Shown here piece by piece: positions 7,429 to 16,840 of a stretch of DNA of 32,000 nt. Where the stretch lies: positions 360,001 to 392,000 of the forward strand of contig NZ_CP060530.1 in NCBI RefSeq assembly GCF_016806735.1, written 5' to 3'. Both the position numbers and the translations under genes were made by a program. A model generated the notes under the pieces. That model did no database searches and was not told where the DNA came from. It saw nothing but the letters and a program-made list of their open reading frames with translations. Positions within the stretch are counted from its first letter, which is position 1. Each line of letters opens with the position of its first letter. This DNA comes from Candidatus Micrarchaeum sp. Its GTDB lineage: Archaea > Micrarchaeota > Micrarchaeia > Micrarchaeales > Micrarchaeaceae.

Positions 7429-7992
7429 TTGAAATACAAAAATATACGCTACAAGCTTTCAAAGGATGCGCTGATAATGTTCGTAGGAATAAATCCCCAT
7501 CCTGGTTCCTATGAAAGGGGCGTACCGTTCTCGAACAACAAGATGTTCTGGTATCTTCTGAGCAGAGCGAATATAATAAATGAGCCAATCTCACTTCTAA
7601 AAAACGATTCTGAGCTCAGTGAAATGTATGAAAAAAGGTTTGCCGAAAAGTATCAGCTCAACTTCATAAACCTGATAAACAGGCCTACTGTCGATGTCTC
7701 AAAGCTCAAAAAAGCAGAAGCCGCTTACGGAATAAGGCGAATGCTCATGGCTGTTAAAACTTACAAGCCTAGAGTTGTGTGCTTCATAGGCAAAGTCACT
7801 TATCAGATGTTTGACGGTTCCGGAATCCCTGATTACGGTCCAAAAGAAGCGCTTTTCGGATCAAAGGTTTATCTATGCCATTTTCCAATAAGAGGCTACG
7901 CGTCCATACGGATAAACGAATTGAGAAAAATCATGAAAGTCGCAAAGGATCTGGACAGCAAAAAAACGCAATTGAAAAATAAGCACGAATAA
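7429..7992 (+). CDS. Uracil-DNA glycosylase superfamily protein, Mug/TDG-like (family 2-like)
   Basis: VGINPHPGSYERGVPFSNNKMFWYLL aligns with E. coli Mug [27 protein letters not shown]. The C-terminal motif is divergent. The start is a TTG at 7429 or an ATG at 7477. It lies 28 nt after the DUF488 gene. Confidence 0.6.
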   Translation: MKYKNIRYKLSKDALIMFVGINPHPGSYERGVPFSNNKMFWYLLSRANIINEPISLLKNDSELSEMYEKRFAEKYQLNFINLINRPTVDVSKLKKAEAAYGIRRMLMAVKTYKPRVVCFIGKVTYQMFDGSGIPDYGPKEALFGSKVYLCHFPIRGYASIRINELRKIMKVAKDLDSKKTQLKNKHE

Positions 7993-8000
7993 GGATATCT

Positions 8001-8396
8001 TCACGCCTTGCCGGCAGCCTCCATGACTATGGCGTTAAGAAGGCCCGAAACCTTGTTTATAACGTCAAGGTTGCGGTCAAGTCTGTGCTCCTTTGCCATG
8101 TGCAGCGGGTTGTAATAGCGCAGTATCGTCTTGTTGTCTTCGCTGCTTATCAAAATCCTGAGTGGAAGGTCTATGGCTATGCTGAGCTTGTCCTGCATAA
8201 GCTTTGTGCCAGCTTCTGGGCTGCCGAAAATTATCACAGTAGCATTATCCATATCCATGCCTGCGTCCCTTGCGTTCTTCTTGTGGTCTATAACTGCGAA
8301 GATATGTATGCCGCGCTTTTCTATTGCAGCGGTTGCCCTCTCAAGCACAGTATCAAATGCATCTTCGCTGCTGACCTTCACGAGCCCGTCAACCAT
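8001..8396 (-). CDS. DUF302 domain protein
   Basis: 131 aa. The pattern IIFGSPEAGTKLMQDKLSIAIDLPLRILI...YYNP is typical of DUF302. Confidence 0.7.
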   Translation of the reverse strand: MVDGLVKVSSEDAFDTVLERATAAIEKRGIHIFAVIDHKKNARDAGMDMDNATVIIFGSPEAGTKLMQDKLSIAIDLPLRILISSEDNKTILRYYNPLHMAKEHRLDRNLDVINKVSGLLNAIVMEAAGKA

Positions 8397-8413
8397 GTCA
8401 AAACCAGTAGAGA

Positions 8414-8650
8414 TTACTTGTCGTCAGTATGCTCTGGCAGAGAGAAGATTACCTCATCCATTTTGTCCTGCGAGCCCTCCTTCAGCACTTCGCTCTTGCG
8501 TATTATGAAGTTGTTGCCTCCGGATTTCTGAGCCACTTCGTATATGTGCTTCATATAGAGAAGGAGTGCCTCTTTGTTTTTCTTCTTTATCTCCTTTTTG
8601 TAGGATTCGCAGGCAAGGCACGTATGTCTCTTCTTGCCAGGTTCGGTCAT
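8414..8650 (-). CDS. Hypothetical small Lys/Glu-rich protein (78 aa)
   Basis: Likely ATG at 8650 (MTEPGKKRHTCLACESYKKE...); the track ORF is longer. It ends 17 nt upstream of the DUF302 gene on the same strand. No family recognised. Confidence 0.4.
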   Translation of the reverse strand: MTEPGKKRHTCLACESYKKEIKKKNKEALLLYMKHIYEVAQKSGGNNFIIRKSEVLKEGSQDKMDEVIFSLPEHTDDK

Positions 8651-8801
8651 CAAGCTTATTACTATCTTGTCTTCCAACAACCCACCCTTTATATAGATAA
8701 AATAATACACGATACCTATATTTATAGTTTTGTTTTTGGGGTGATGGCTAACAAAACATATAAATATTATCTACTTTTTAGTTAGGTTTAAAGGTGTTAA
8801 A

Positions 8802-9752
8802 ATGGTGGAAAAGGAACTGAATAAGGATGCAGGTATACAGACTAAGTCTGTGACATCGCAGCAGTCTATATCTAATGCATCCCAGAATGCGCAAGGCACG
8901 GTACACAGATACGCTTGGATGTTGAATGGCGAGCAGGTTGTCGCAACACTGCCTGTAAAATACGCACTGGTCATAGGCTCGGTTCACGATACAAAACTGG
9001 GTCCACAAACGAGCAAGGTACAGCCAAAAAAGGTAAAGGTAAAAAACGTTGTCGCAACCAATTACAGGATCGCTTACCTTGATGGAAACGACGAGCTTTT
9101 CATGGACAAGAAAAGGGAGAAAGTCGGCCGCAACGGAAGGCAATTCTTCTTCTACAACAAGGACGCTTTCGAAAAATATCTCTCTGACGTCATAAAGCAC
9201 AACGATCAAATTCTTGAGGCCTACAAAAAGCAGGATCAGAAATTTGCGGACTATTACAGCAAGAAGCATACTCCTGGAAAATTTGCGAAGAAGCTTTTCA
9301 AAGAGGGCTATATAACATCCGTATACCTGCTCAACGACGTTGCCGAGGCCACAGAAGCGAGGTTCAAGAAAGGCACGATAAACAAGGGCATGATGGGCAC
9401 ATGGCTGACAAACAGGACTACCTCAAGGAACGCAAGCTTCCTTGACAGGTTCAAGCACGGCTTTGCCCTAAACGGTGTTGAGCTATATCTCCCGACTCTT
9501 GAAACAAACAAGTTTCTGCACGATTCCGGGAAGAATTTCCTTGAAGGGCTGACAAAGATAAAGATTAATGATGCAAAGAGCTCCATCACTAGGAAGGCGG
9601 AGTTCTATGTAAGGCCAAGCAAGGCATCTGCAGAGCAGATTGGAAAGCTCATAAGCGACATACTTGACAATGTCGTCGAAATGCGCGCCTACAGCGACAA
9701 GGACTTCGTGGCTGAAACATATCAGAATCTGGCAAGGAAGGACAATCCGTAA
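8802..9752 (+). CDS. Hypothetical soluble Lys-rich protein (316 aa), no recognised family
   Basis: ATG preceded by a GGTG motif (AAAGGTGTTAAAATG). No TM segments, a long clean ORF, followed by a pyrimidine/T-rich tract. Confidence 0.6.
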   Translation: MVEKELNKDAGIQTKSVTSQQSISNASQNAQGTVHRYAWMLNGEQVVATLPVKYALVIGSVHDTKLGPQTSKVQPKKVKVKNVVATNYRIAYLDGNDELFMDKKREKVGRNGRQFFFYNKDAFEKYLSDVIKHNDQILEAYKKQDQKFADYYSKKHTPGKFAKKLFKEGYITSVYLLNDVAEATEARFKKGTINKGMMGTWLTNRTTSRNASFLDRFKHGFALNGVELYLPTLETNKFLHDSGKNFLEGLTKIKINDAKSSITRKAEFYVRPSKASAEQIGKLISDILDNVVEMRAYSDKDFVAETYQNLARKDNP

Positions 9753-9789
9753 TTTCCTTCCCCTTCTTTTTCTTTTTGCTTTTGTTTTG
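9753..9789 (+). terminator. T-rich tract, candidate archaeal oligo-T terminator
   Basis: TTTCCTTCCCCTTCTTTTTCTTTTTGCTTTTGTTTTG follows directly after the stop of 8802-9752. Confidence 0.45.
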
Positions 9790-9796
9790 CGCTTGA

Positions 9797-11254
9797 TTAT
9801 CCCTTAGCCACGCCAATGGGCAGCAGCTGAGCAACTATTTTTGTTATTCCGGCACCGGCTACGCTTGCAACGACATCGTCAACGTTCTTGTACGCGAGCT
9901 CGGATTCCTCGCTTACAAGCTTCCTGTCCCTTACTCTGAGCTCTATGTCCTTGTCGCGCATGCTTCCGAGCGTCTTTGCCGCAGGTATCTCGCGTATGGC
10001 CTGGTGCCTGGACATTAGCCTTCCGGAACCATGGCACGAAGAGCCGAAGCTCTGCTTCATAGCTCCTTCAAGGCCTGCAAGAACGTAGCTTGAGGTTCCC
10101 ATGCTTCCGGGTATCAGGACAGGCTGCCCGTAATCGCGGTATATCCTTGGTATCTCTGCCCTTCCTGGGGCGAAGGCCCTGGTGGCTCCCTTCCTGTGCA
10201 CTATAAGCTTCATCCTTTTCCCGTCAACGTCGTGCTCTTCCTCCTTGGCTATGTTGTGGGCCACGTCGTAAACGAGGTGCATGCCAAGCTCGTCCCAGCT
10301 CTTCAAGAAAACCTTTTCGAAGCTCTTGCGTATGGAGTCCATCATAACCTGCCTGTTTGCAAACGCGAAATTGACCGCGCACTTCATGGCCTTTAGGTAA
10401 TCTTCGGCTTCCTTGGATTCCGTATGCGCGTAGCTAAGCTCAGGATCTACGAGCTTTATGTTGTTCTTGGCATTGTAGTCATTGAGCACCTTGAGGTAAT
10501 CGCTGCATACCTGATGGCCGTAGCCCCTGGAGCCGCTATGCACCATCACTACTACCTGGTCTTCATAAAGCCCGAAGGCCTTGGCTGTTTTCTCGTCAAG
10601 CACTTTTCCGACGCGCTGCACTTCAAGAAAATGATTTCCTGCTCCCAGAGTGCCAAGCTGCGGCACTCCTCTTTTTTTTGCCAGGTCGCTTACCCTGTCT
10701 GGGTCCGCTCCTTTCATGCATCCGTTCTCCTCGGTTCTTTCCAGGTCTTCTTCCACGCCGAAGCCCTGCTTTATGGCCTGTGCGGCTCCTTCGACTGCGA
10801 CCTTCTCCAGATCGCTTCTGGTAAATCCTTTTGCCGCCTTGCTTCCGACTCCGCTTGGAACCATATTGAAGAGCGTGTCCATTAAGCTGTCCAGCTTGGG
10901 CTTTACCTCGGCGAAGCTGAGATTGGTCCTTATGAGCCTGACTCCGCAGTTTATGTCAAATCCTATCGCCCCGGGTGAAACTATGCCGTTGCTGGCAGGG
11001 AACGCCGCAACGCCGCCTACCGGAAACCCATAGCCTTCGTGGCCGTCCGGCATTATGAGCATGTTCTTTACCATTGTCGGCAGCCCGGCTGCATTTATGG
11101 CCTGCTTCAGCGTCCTGTCGCGCTGTATGTTGTCAATTATGTAATCGTTGGCGAATATCTTCACTGGAACGTTCATGGATTTTTCCTGCGAAGCATCAAT
11201 CTGCCATTCGAAATTGCCCATCTTTTCTATCTTAATCTCTTTCCCTTCCATCAT
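9797..11254 (-). CDS. rtcB: RNA-splicing ligase RtcB (3'-phosphate/5'-hydroxyl tRNA ligase)
   Basis: Near-collinear with Pyrococcus RtcB as I recall it: MPDGHEGYGFPVGGVAAF, DINCGVR, GNHFLEVQ, HSGSRGYGHQ, IPGSMGTSSYV, CHGSGR and C-terminal PIGVAKG. Start is uncertain (ATG at 11254, 11251 or 11272; TTG at 11284). No intein. Confidence 0.95.
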   Translation of the reverse strand: MMEGKEIKIEKMGNFEWQIDASQEKSMNVPVKIFANDYIIDNIQRDRTLKQAINAAGLPTMVKNMLIMPDGHEGYGFPVGGVAAFPASNGIVSPGAIGFDINCGVRLIRTNLSFAEVKPKLDSLMDTLFNMVPSGVGSKAAKGFTRSDLEKVAVEGAAQAIKQGFGVEEDLERTEENGCMKGADPDRVSDLAKKRGVPQLGTLGAGNHFLEVQRVGKVLDEKTAKAFGLYEDQVVVMVHSGSRGYGHQVCSDYLKVLNDYNAKNNIKLVDPELSYAHTESKEAEDYLKAMKCAVNFAFANRQVMMDSIRKSFEKVFLKSWDELGMHLVYDVAHNIAKEEEHDVDGKRMKLIVHRKGATRAFAPGRAEIPRIYRDYGQPVLIPGSMGTSSYVLAGLEGAMKQSFGSSCHGSGRLMSRHQAIREIPAAKTLGSMRDKDIELRVRDRKLVSEESELAYKNVDDVVASVAGAGITKIVAQLLPIGVAKG

Positions 11255-11390
11255 GATCACTTTCAAAAGCATATGCTGGCGCAAACGCCGTGCTGCGCCT
11301 ATTTTATGGAGTCTTTATAAATCTATTCGTTGCAAAATTAATTGTTTGTATTCATTAGCACGAGATTAGTTATCTATGCTTGTTAATTTA

Positions 11391-11398
11391 TTTATATT
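11391..11398 (+). promoter_or_regulatory. Candidate box A/TATA element of the atp operon
   Basis: TTTATATT lies about 38 nt upstream of the atpK ATG, which fits a short leader carrying GGTGA at about 11421-11426. Confidence 0.4.
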
Positions 11399-11431
11399 GC
11401 TACGTTAAAGCTTAATGATTTGGTGAAAAAC

Positions 11432-11659
11432 ATGGTAGTAGCGGTAAGTCCGTTATATGCTGTTGCTGCATCTATAGCAATAGCCGGAGGATTGATAGGA
11501 ACTGGAATGGCGCAGCAGGGAATCGGAGCTGCAGGAATGGGAATAATAGCCGAAAAGCCTGAAAAATTTGGACAGGTGCTATTCTTCTTCGTGATACCAG
11601 AAACGCTTTGGATAATAGGATTCGTGCTCGGCCTCATACTGCTGCTGCAGATACTCTGA
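11432..11659 (+). CDS. atpK: A-type ATP synthase subunit K (proteolipid c subunit, single 2-TM hairpin)
   Basis: Gly/Ala-rich helix 1 (GGLIGTGMAQQGIGAAGMG) and helix 2 with the conserved carboxylate (FFFVIPETLW). A GGTGA motif 6 nt upstream supports the ATG at 11432; the track start at 11420 is a TTG. Confidence 0.9.
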   Translation: MVVAVSPLYAVAASIAIAGGLIGTGMAQQGIGAAGMGIIAEKPEKFGQVLFFFVIPETLWIIGFVLGLILLLQIL

Positions 11660-11677
11660 AGTTAGCCAGTGGTGCAA

Positions 11678-12256
11678 ATGGGCCTCGAAGAGATCGTGGC
11701 AGGCATAGAAAAGCGCAGGGAGCAGGAAACATCCAAGCTCCTCAGCGAAGCCAGGGCCGAAGCGGATAAAATAATAAACGATGCAAAGGCACGGGCGGCT
11801 TCGGAATCAAAGGAAACGATTTCCCGGGCCGAGTTCGAGGCTTCGCAGATAAAGGCAAGGGAGCAGTCCAAGGCAAATATAGAGGCCAAAAGGATACTCT
11901 ACAGCTCGATGGCTGAAAAGCTCTCAGCAGCGGAAGCCGAGCTCAAGGCTTCGATATCGGAATACAAAAATACGGACGATTACAAGGCCTTGCTGCTTAA
12001 GCTGTACTCCAACGCTCTTGATGCACTAGGGGCCGACTGCGAGGTACATGCTGCCAAGGACGACATGCAGCTGATAAAAAAGAAATTCCCGAAGGCCAAG
12101 CTTTCAGAAGCCCCCGAAGGCTTCGCGTTCGGCCTGTACGCAAACTCTTCAGACGGAAAAATGGCAATAGACTATGGCCTTGACAGCATGCTCTCAAAGG
12201 TAAGGGATGGATTCTATTCAAGGCTTATCAAGGTTATAAATGGTAAAAATGACTGA
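11678..12256 (+). CDS. atpE: A-type ATP synthase subunit E
   Basis: The N-terminal Ala/Glu/Lys-rich coiled region, a C-terminal globular part, its size and its position after atpK all fit. The ATG at 11678 is preceded by GGTG; the track start at 11669 is a GTG. Confidence 0.85.
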   Translation: MGLEEIVAGIEKRREQETSKLLSEARAEADKIINDAKARAASESKETISRAEFEASQIKAREQSKANIEAKRILYSSMAEKLSAAEAELKASISEYKNTDDYKALLLKLYSNALDALGADCEVHAAKDDMQLIKKKFPKAKLSEAPEGFAFGLYANSSDGKMAIDYGLDSMLSKVRDGFYSRLIKVINGKND

Positions 12257-13316
12257 TTCAACGTATACTGGGAAGTACGGCAGCCTAAGGGCGATGGCAA
12301 CCTCGCTTCTCAGCACTGGCTTCTACGAGCAGGCTTCTGGGAAATCTCCGGAAGAGATACTCAAAATGCTCTCGGAGACCAGATACAGGAAGCAGATAGA
12401 CGAGCTTTCGCAGCTGTACCAGATGCCAGACCTTTTCGAGGCTGTAATAAACGCCACAATGGCAAAATCGCTGCAGGAAGCCTATATCGCAATGCCGCCG
12501 CTGGCTCAGCCGTTCGTAATGGCCTACATAAGCAAGTGGGATATAGAAAACATAAAGGTTGTGCTCTCTTCGAAGACAATGGGCTACGAGCTTACAGATA
12601 CATCGCATTTCATGCTGGCCGTTAAGAATCCAGTCGGCATACTTGCGGGCAGCATAAGCAAGCCGGACTATGCCAACCTGCTGGCGCAGAAGGACGTAGT
12701 TTCGGTAGTCAATTATCTTGCAAAGTTCGGCTACGGGACAGTGCTGATGTCACACATAGACGACTATGCAAAGAACGGATCGCTGGCACCCATGCTCACC
12801 GAGCTTGGCTTCTACTACTATACGCATCTTGCAGAGTCGCTGCGCTTCTACAAGGGCGACGAGGGCCCGGTGTACGAATATGTCATAGCGATGATAGACG
12901 CTGAAAACGTGCTAAACGCCGCCAAGGCTGCATATTCCGGCGTGCAGGACATCCAGCAATACGTAATAAAAGGAGGCAGCATAAGCGCCTCGCAGATCGC
13001 CGAGGCGGTCAATGGAAAAGCTTCCGAAGCCCTGTCTAAGCTGCTGGGAGATGGCGCGCAGGACTCGCTTTCCAGGTACATTACTGCAGGAAAGCTCTCA
13101 GAACTGGAAGCGGTGCTGAAAAGGTCGCTGTATAAACGGTTCATGCCGACTTTCTCCTCATCCTCGCAATCATTGTCTTATATAATGAGCTACATACTCA
13201 GGCTCGAAGCCGAAAGGGACGCGCTCAGGGCGTTGCTGTTGCAGGGCTATTACGGGATAAAGGCCGACTTTGCGCTATACGCGCACAACGAAGCGGTGAA
13301 GCAGAATGGAAGCTAA
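12240..13316 (+). CDS. atpC: A-type ATP synthase subunit C (V-type d homolog)
   Basis: About 355 aa, helical, positioned between E and F. It overlaps the atpE stop; an alternative ATG lies at 12249. Confidence 0.85.
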   Translation: MVKMTDSTYTGKYGSLRAMATSLLSTGFYEQASGKSPEEILKMLSETRYRKQIDELSQLYQMPDLFEAVINATMAKSLQEAYIAMPPLAQPFVMAYISKWDIENIKVVLSSKTMGYELTDTSHFMLAVKNPVGILAGSISKPDYANLLAQKDVVSVVNYLAKFGYGTVLMSHIDDYAKNGSLAPMLTELGFYYYTHLAESLRFYKGDEGPVYEYVIAMIDAENVLNAAKAAYSGVQDIQQYVIKGGSISASQIAEAVNGKASEALSKLLGDGAQDSLSRYITAGKLSELEAVLKRSLYKRFMPTFSSSSQSLSYIMSYILRLEAERDALRALLLQGYYGIKADFALYAHNEAVKQNGS

Positions 13317-13635
13317 ATTCGGAAAGATAGCAGTCATAGGCGAGCGCGAGATAGCCCTTGGGTTCAAGCTTTCAGGGATAAAGGATGTTTTCATCAGCGA
13401 GGGCAAGGAGGCTTCGTCGACGCTCCTGAGGCTCATGGCCTCTAAGGAATACGATTTAGTAATAGCTTCATATTCGATAAAACTGTCGCTCAGCCCAAAT
13501 GCGCTCAGGGCCACGGAAACGGCGATGAAGCCTTTGGTAATATTCATACCTTCGGAGAAGGAGCTATCCGAGCAGTCGGAATCGGTAGAGGCGCTGGCCA
13601 AGAGGGTCCTGGGCGTCGACATATACAAAAATTGA
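13306..13635 (+). CDS. atpF: A-type ATP synthase subunit F
   Basis: 109 aa. KIAVIGEREIALGFKLSGI is typical of subunit F. It overlaps the atpC stop by 11 nt. Confidence 0.85.
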   Translation: MEAKFGKIAVIGEREIALGFKLSGIKDVFISEGKEASSTLLRLMASKEYDLVIASYSIKLSLSPNALRATETAMKPLVIFIPSEKELSEQSESVEALAKRVLGVDIYKN

Positions 13636-13675
13636 TATGACACTTGATTGAACTTTGAATTGCAAGTTGATTTGA

Positions 13676-15430
13676 ATGAGCGGATTTATATATAGAATTT
13701 CGGGCCCGGTCGTAATAGCGGGAGGTCTGGAAAACCCAAACATGTACGACGTGGTGAGGGTTGGCAAGGAGGAGCTTATCGGGGAGATAATAAAGCTGGA
13801 AAAAGGCATGGCCACCGTGCAGGTGTACGAAGATACAAGCGGACTCAGGCCAGGAGACATAATAAAGAGCACAGGAATGCAGCTCTCCGTTATGCTTGCG
13901 CCCGGCATCGTCGGTTCCATATTCGACGGAATACAGAGGCCGCTGGACAAGATAAGGGCCGAGAGCGGCGACTTCATAGCCAGGGGCATAAACGTAGAGT
14001 CTATTGACACCAAGAAGAAATGGGCGCTTAAAGCCGTGCAGAAGAAGGGTGCGCACGTAAGCGCAGGCGACATTATAGCAGAAGTCGATGAGACGAGCCT
14101 TATAAAGCACAAGGTAATGGTCCCGCATGGTGTGTCTGGCACTATAAGCTCAATAAGCGACGGCGAGTTTACAATAGAAGAGCCGTTTGCGACTATAAAA
14201 ACGGAAACTGGAAAAGATGTCAAAGTGGCAATGCTGCAGAGATGGCCAGTGAGGATGCCAAGGCCGGTAAAAGACAAGCTCCCCATGGAAGTGCCGCTTA
14301 TAACCGGACAGCGAGTCGTAGACACGATGTTTCCAGTCGCAAAGGGCGGAACCGCAGCGGTTCCAGGCCCGTTCGGAAGCGGCAAGACCGTAATACAGCA
14401 CCAGCTAGCCAAATGGTCGGACGCAGACCTGATTGTATACGTAGGCTGCGGAGAGCGCGGCAACGAGATGACAGAAATACTTACCACATTCCCAGAGCTC
14501 AAGGACCCAAAGACTGGCCAGCCCCTAATGGACAGGACAATACTCATAGCCAACACTTCGAACATGCCCGTGGCTGCCAGGGAGGCGAGCATATACACTG
14601 CCATAACTCTTGCAGAATATTACAGGGACATGGGGTATGACGTGGCGCTCATGGCAGACTCGACAAGCAGATGGGCCGAGGCGCTAAGGGAAATATCCGG
14701 AAGGCTCGAGGAGATGCCTGGAGAAGAAGGCTATCCTGCATATCTCGGAAGAAAGGTCGCCGAATTCTACGAAAGGGCAGGCAGGGTTCACGTCCTCAAC
14801 GGAGGCATAGGCTCAATAACTGCAATAGGTGCAGTATCCCCGCCAGGAGGAGACATATCCGAGCCGGTGTCGCAGAACACGCTCAGGGTCACAAGGGTCT
14901 TCTGGGCTCTTGATGCAGCCCTTGCCAACGCCAGGCATTTTCCTTCGATAAACTGGCTAAACAGCTATTCACTTTATGCTGACGACCTCGCCAAATGGTA
15001 CGAGGTCAACATAAGCCCCGAATGGTCGGGCCTGTACAAGAAGGCAATGGCCATACTGCAGAAGGAATCCGAGATAAACGAGATAGTGCAGCTCGTAGGC
15101 TACGATGCGCTTCCGGAGCAGGACAAGGTCACTCTGGATACGGCGAAAAGCCTTAGGGAGGACTTCCTGCAGCAGAACGCCTTCGACGAGGTTGATACAT
15201 ATTCGTCGATGCGCAAGCAGTACCTTATGCTGAAATCGATACTTCAGGTCGGCGACGAGGAATCCATGGCTGTAGACCATGGCGTGCCAGCCGAGAAGAT
15301 GTCAAAGCTTGAAGTCAAGCAGAAAATCGCAAAGATGAAGTTCATTCCCGAGGAGCAGATAGAGGAGTATTCCAAGGAGATTTCCAAGCTTGCCATGGAC
15401 ATGCGCAACATAAAGGCTTCTGAAGAATGA
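13676..15430 (+). CDS. atpA: A-type ATP synthase catalytic subunit A
   Basis: Walker A GPFGSGKTV, plus SRWAEALREISGRLEEMPGEEGYPAYL. 584 aa with no intein insertion. Confidence 0.97.
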   Translation: MSGFIYRISGPVVIAGGLENPNMYDVVRVGKEELIGEIIKLEKGMATVQVYEDTSGLRPGDIIKSTGMQLSVMLAPGIVGSIFDGIQRPLDKIRAESGDFIARGINVESIDTKKKWALKAVQKKGAHVSAGDIIAEVDETSLIKHKVMVPHGVSGTISSISDGEFTIEEPFATIKTETGKDVKVAMLQRWPVRMPRPVKDKLPMEVPLITGQRVVDTMFPVAKGGTAAVPGPFGSGKTVIQHQLAKWSDADLIVYVGCGERGNEMTEILTTFPELKDPKTGQPLMDRTILIANTSNMPVAAREASIYTAITLAEYYRDMGYDVALMADSTSRWAEALREISGRLEEMPGEEGYPAYLGRKVAEFYERAGRVHVLNGGIGSITAIGAVSPPGGDISEPVSQNTLRVTRVFWALDAALANARHFPSINWLNSYSLYADDLAKWYEVNISPEWSGLYKKAMAILQKESEINEIVQLVGYDALPEQDKVTLDTAKSLREDFLQQNAFDEVDTYSSMRKQYLMLKSILQVGDEESMAVDHGVPAEKMSKLEVKQKIAKMKFIPEEQIEEYSKEISKLAMDMRNIKASEE

Positions 15431-15445
15431 TATAACGGTGTAAAA

Positions 15446-16840
15446 ATGGGAGATATTTACTACAAAACAATAAGCCAGATAACAAATGTGCTTCTTTTTG
15501 TTGACGGCATAAAGGATGCGGCGTACAACGAGCTCGTAGAAATAAAGCTCGAAGACGGAAGGACTGTCACTGGGCAGGTTCTCGATACTAGGGATGGAAC
15601 AGCCATAGTGCAGTCGTTCGGCGAAACGAGGGGAATGAACACCGGCAACACTGCGGTAAGGCTTACCGGCACAACCGCCAAGCTCAAGGTCAGCACCGAC
15701 ATGCTCGGGAGGATATTCAACGGCATGGGCAAACCAAGGGACGGAGGCCCGGAGATAGTGCAGGGTGAAGAGATAGACATAAACGGCAGCGCCATAAACC
15801 CATATTCAAGGGAAGAGCCGTCGGAGTTCATAGAAACGGGCATATCTACAATAGACGGAATGAACACTTTGGTCAGGGGGCAGAAGCTCCCGATATTCTC
15901 AGCTTCCGGACTGCCGCACAACAGGCTTGCGGCGCAGATAGCCAGGCAGGCAAAGATACTCAACAAATCCGAGGGCTTCAGCGTGGTTTTCGGCGGCATA
16001 GGAATAAACAGCGAAGAGGCAAACTTCTTCAAGACCGAATTCGAGGAAACCGGGGCCATTGACAGGGCAGTAATGTTCATGAACCTCTCATCGGATCCAT
16101 CTATGGAAAGGATAATACTGCCTAGGTTAGCGCTGACTACCGCAGAATATCTGGCTTACAAGGAAGACATGCACGTGCTGGTAATACTTACTGACATGAC
16201 AAACTACTGCGAAGCGCTCAGGGAGATATCGGCCGCAAGGCAGGAAGTTCCTGGAAGAAGGGGCTTCCCCGGATACATGTATACCGACCTGTCGACGATA
16301 TACGAAAGGGCCGGAAAAATAAGGGGCAGAAAGGGCTCGATAACGCAGGTGCCGATACTGACCATGCCTGGAGACGACATAACGCATCCGATACCCGACC
16401 TCACGGGCTACATAACTGAGGGCCAGATAGTGCTGAGCAGGGAGCTATACAGGAAGGGAATATACCCGAACGTCGACGTGCTGCTGTCCCTTTCCAGGCT
16501 GATGAACCAGGGAATAGGCAAGAACAGCACGAGGGAGGACCACAGGGGCGTAGTGGATCAGCTTTATGCCGCATACGCAAAGGGCAAGGACCTCAGAAGC
16601 CTAACCGAAATAGTGGGAGAAGAGGCGCTCAGCCAGGGCGACAAGGCATACTTAAAATTCGCCGACCTGTTCGAAAGCAAATTCGTCAACCAGGACTATT
16701 ACGAGGACAGGAGCATAGAGAAGACCCTGGAGCTTAGCTGGGAGCTTCTGTCGAACATAGACAGGAACGACGTCAAGAGGGTCAAGGAGGAATACATAAA
16801 GAAATACGGAAAGTGGGAAGAGAAGAATGGCCCAAAGTAA
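15446..16840 (+). CDS. atpB: A-type ATP synthase subunit B
   Basis: [31 protein letters not shown] and the overall A/B family pattern. 464 aa. Confidence 0.97.
   Translation: MGDIYYKTISQITNVLLFVDGIKDAAYNELVEIKLEDGRTVTGQVLDTRDGTAIVQSFGETRGMNTGNTAVRLTGTTAKLKVSTDMLGRIFNGMGKPRDGGPEIVQGEEIDINGSAINPYSREEPSEFIETGISTIDGMNTLVRGQKLPIFSASGLPHNRLAAQIARQAKILNKSEGFSVVFGGIGINSEEANFFKTEFEETGAIDRAVMFMNLSSDPSMERIILPRLALTTAEYLAYKEDMHVLVILTDMTNYCEALREISAARQEVPGRRGFPGYMYTDLSTIYERAGKIRGRKGSITQVPILTMPGDDITHPIPDLTGYITEGQIVLSRELYRKGIYPNVDVLLSLSRLMNQGIGKNSTREDHRGVVDQLYAAYAKGKDLRSLTEIVGEEALSQGDKAYLKFADLFESKFVNQDYYEDRSIEKTLELSWELLSNIDRNDVKRVKEEYIKKYGKWEEKNGPK

Noticed and set aside
8085-9269. ORFs 8085-8531 +, 8131-8508 +, 8429-8785 +, 8771-8974 - and 8778-9269 -
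   Set aside because: They overlap better-supported frames (DUF302, the small charged protein and the 316-aa protein) on the opposite strand and have implausible compositions.
10672-10680. Run of 8-9 T (A on the coding strand) inside rtcB, considered as a slippery or frameshift site
   Set aside because: The RtcB frame reads straight through (AKKRGVPQLG) and matches homologs, so a frameshift is neither needed nor indicated.
9888-11369. + strand ORFs across rtcB (10424-10885, 10650-11033, 11039-11320, 11148-11369 and others)
   Set aside because: They are antisense to RtcB, which is collinear with characterised homologs.
13676-15430. Possible intein in atpA (and in rtcB or lig), checked because some archaea such as Thermoplasma carry a VMA-type intein in subunit A
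   Set aside because: The length of 584 aa and uninterrupted conserved motifs show no insertion. The same holds for rtcB (about 485 aa) and lig (592 aa).
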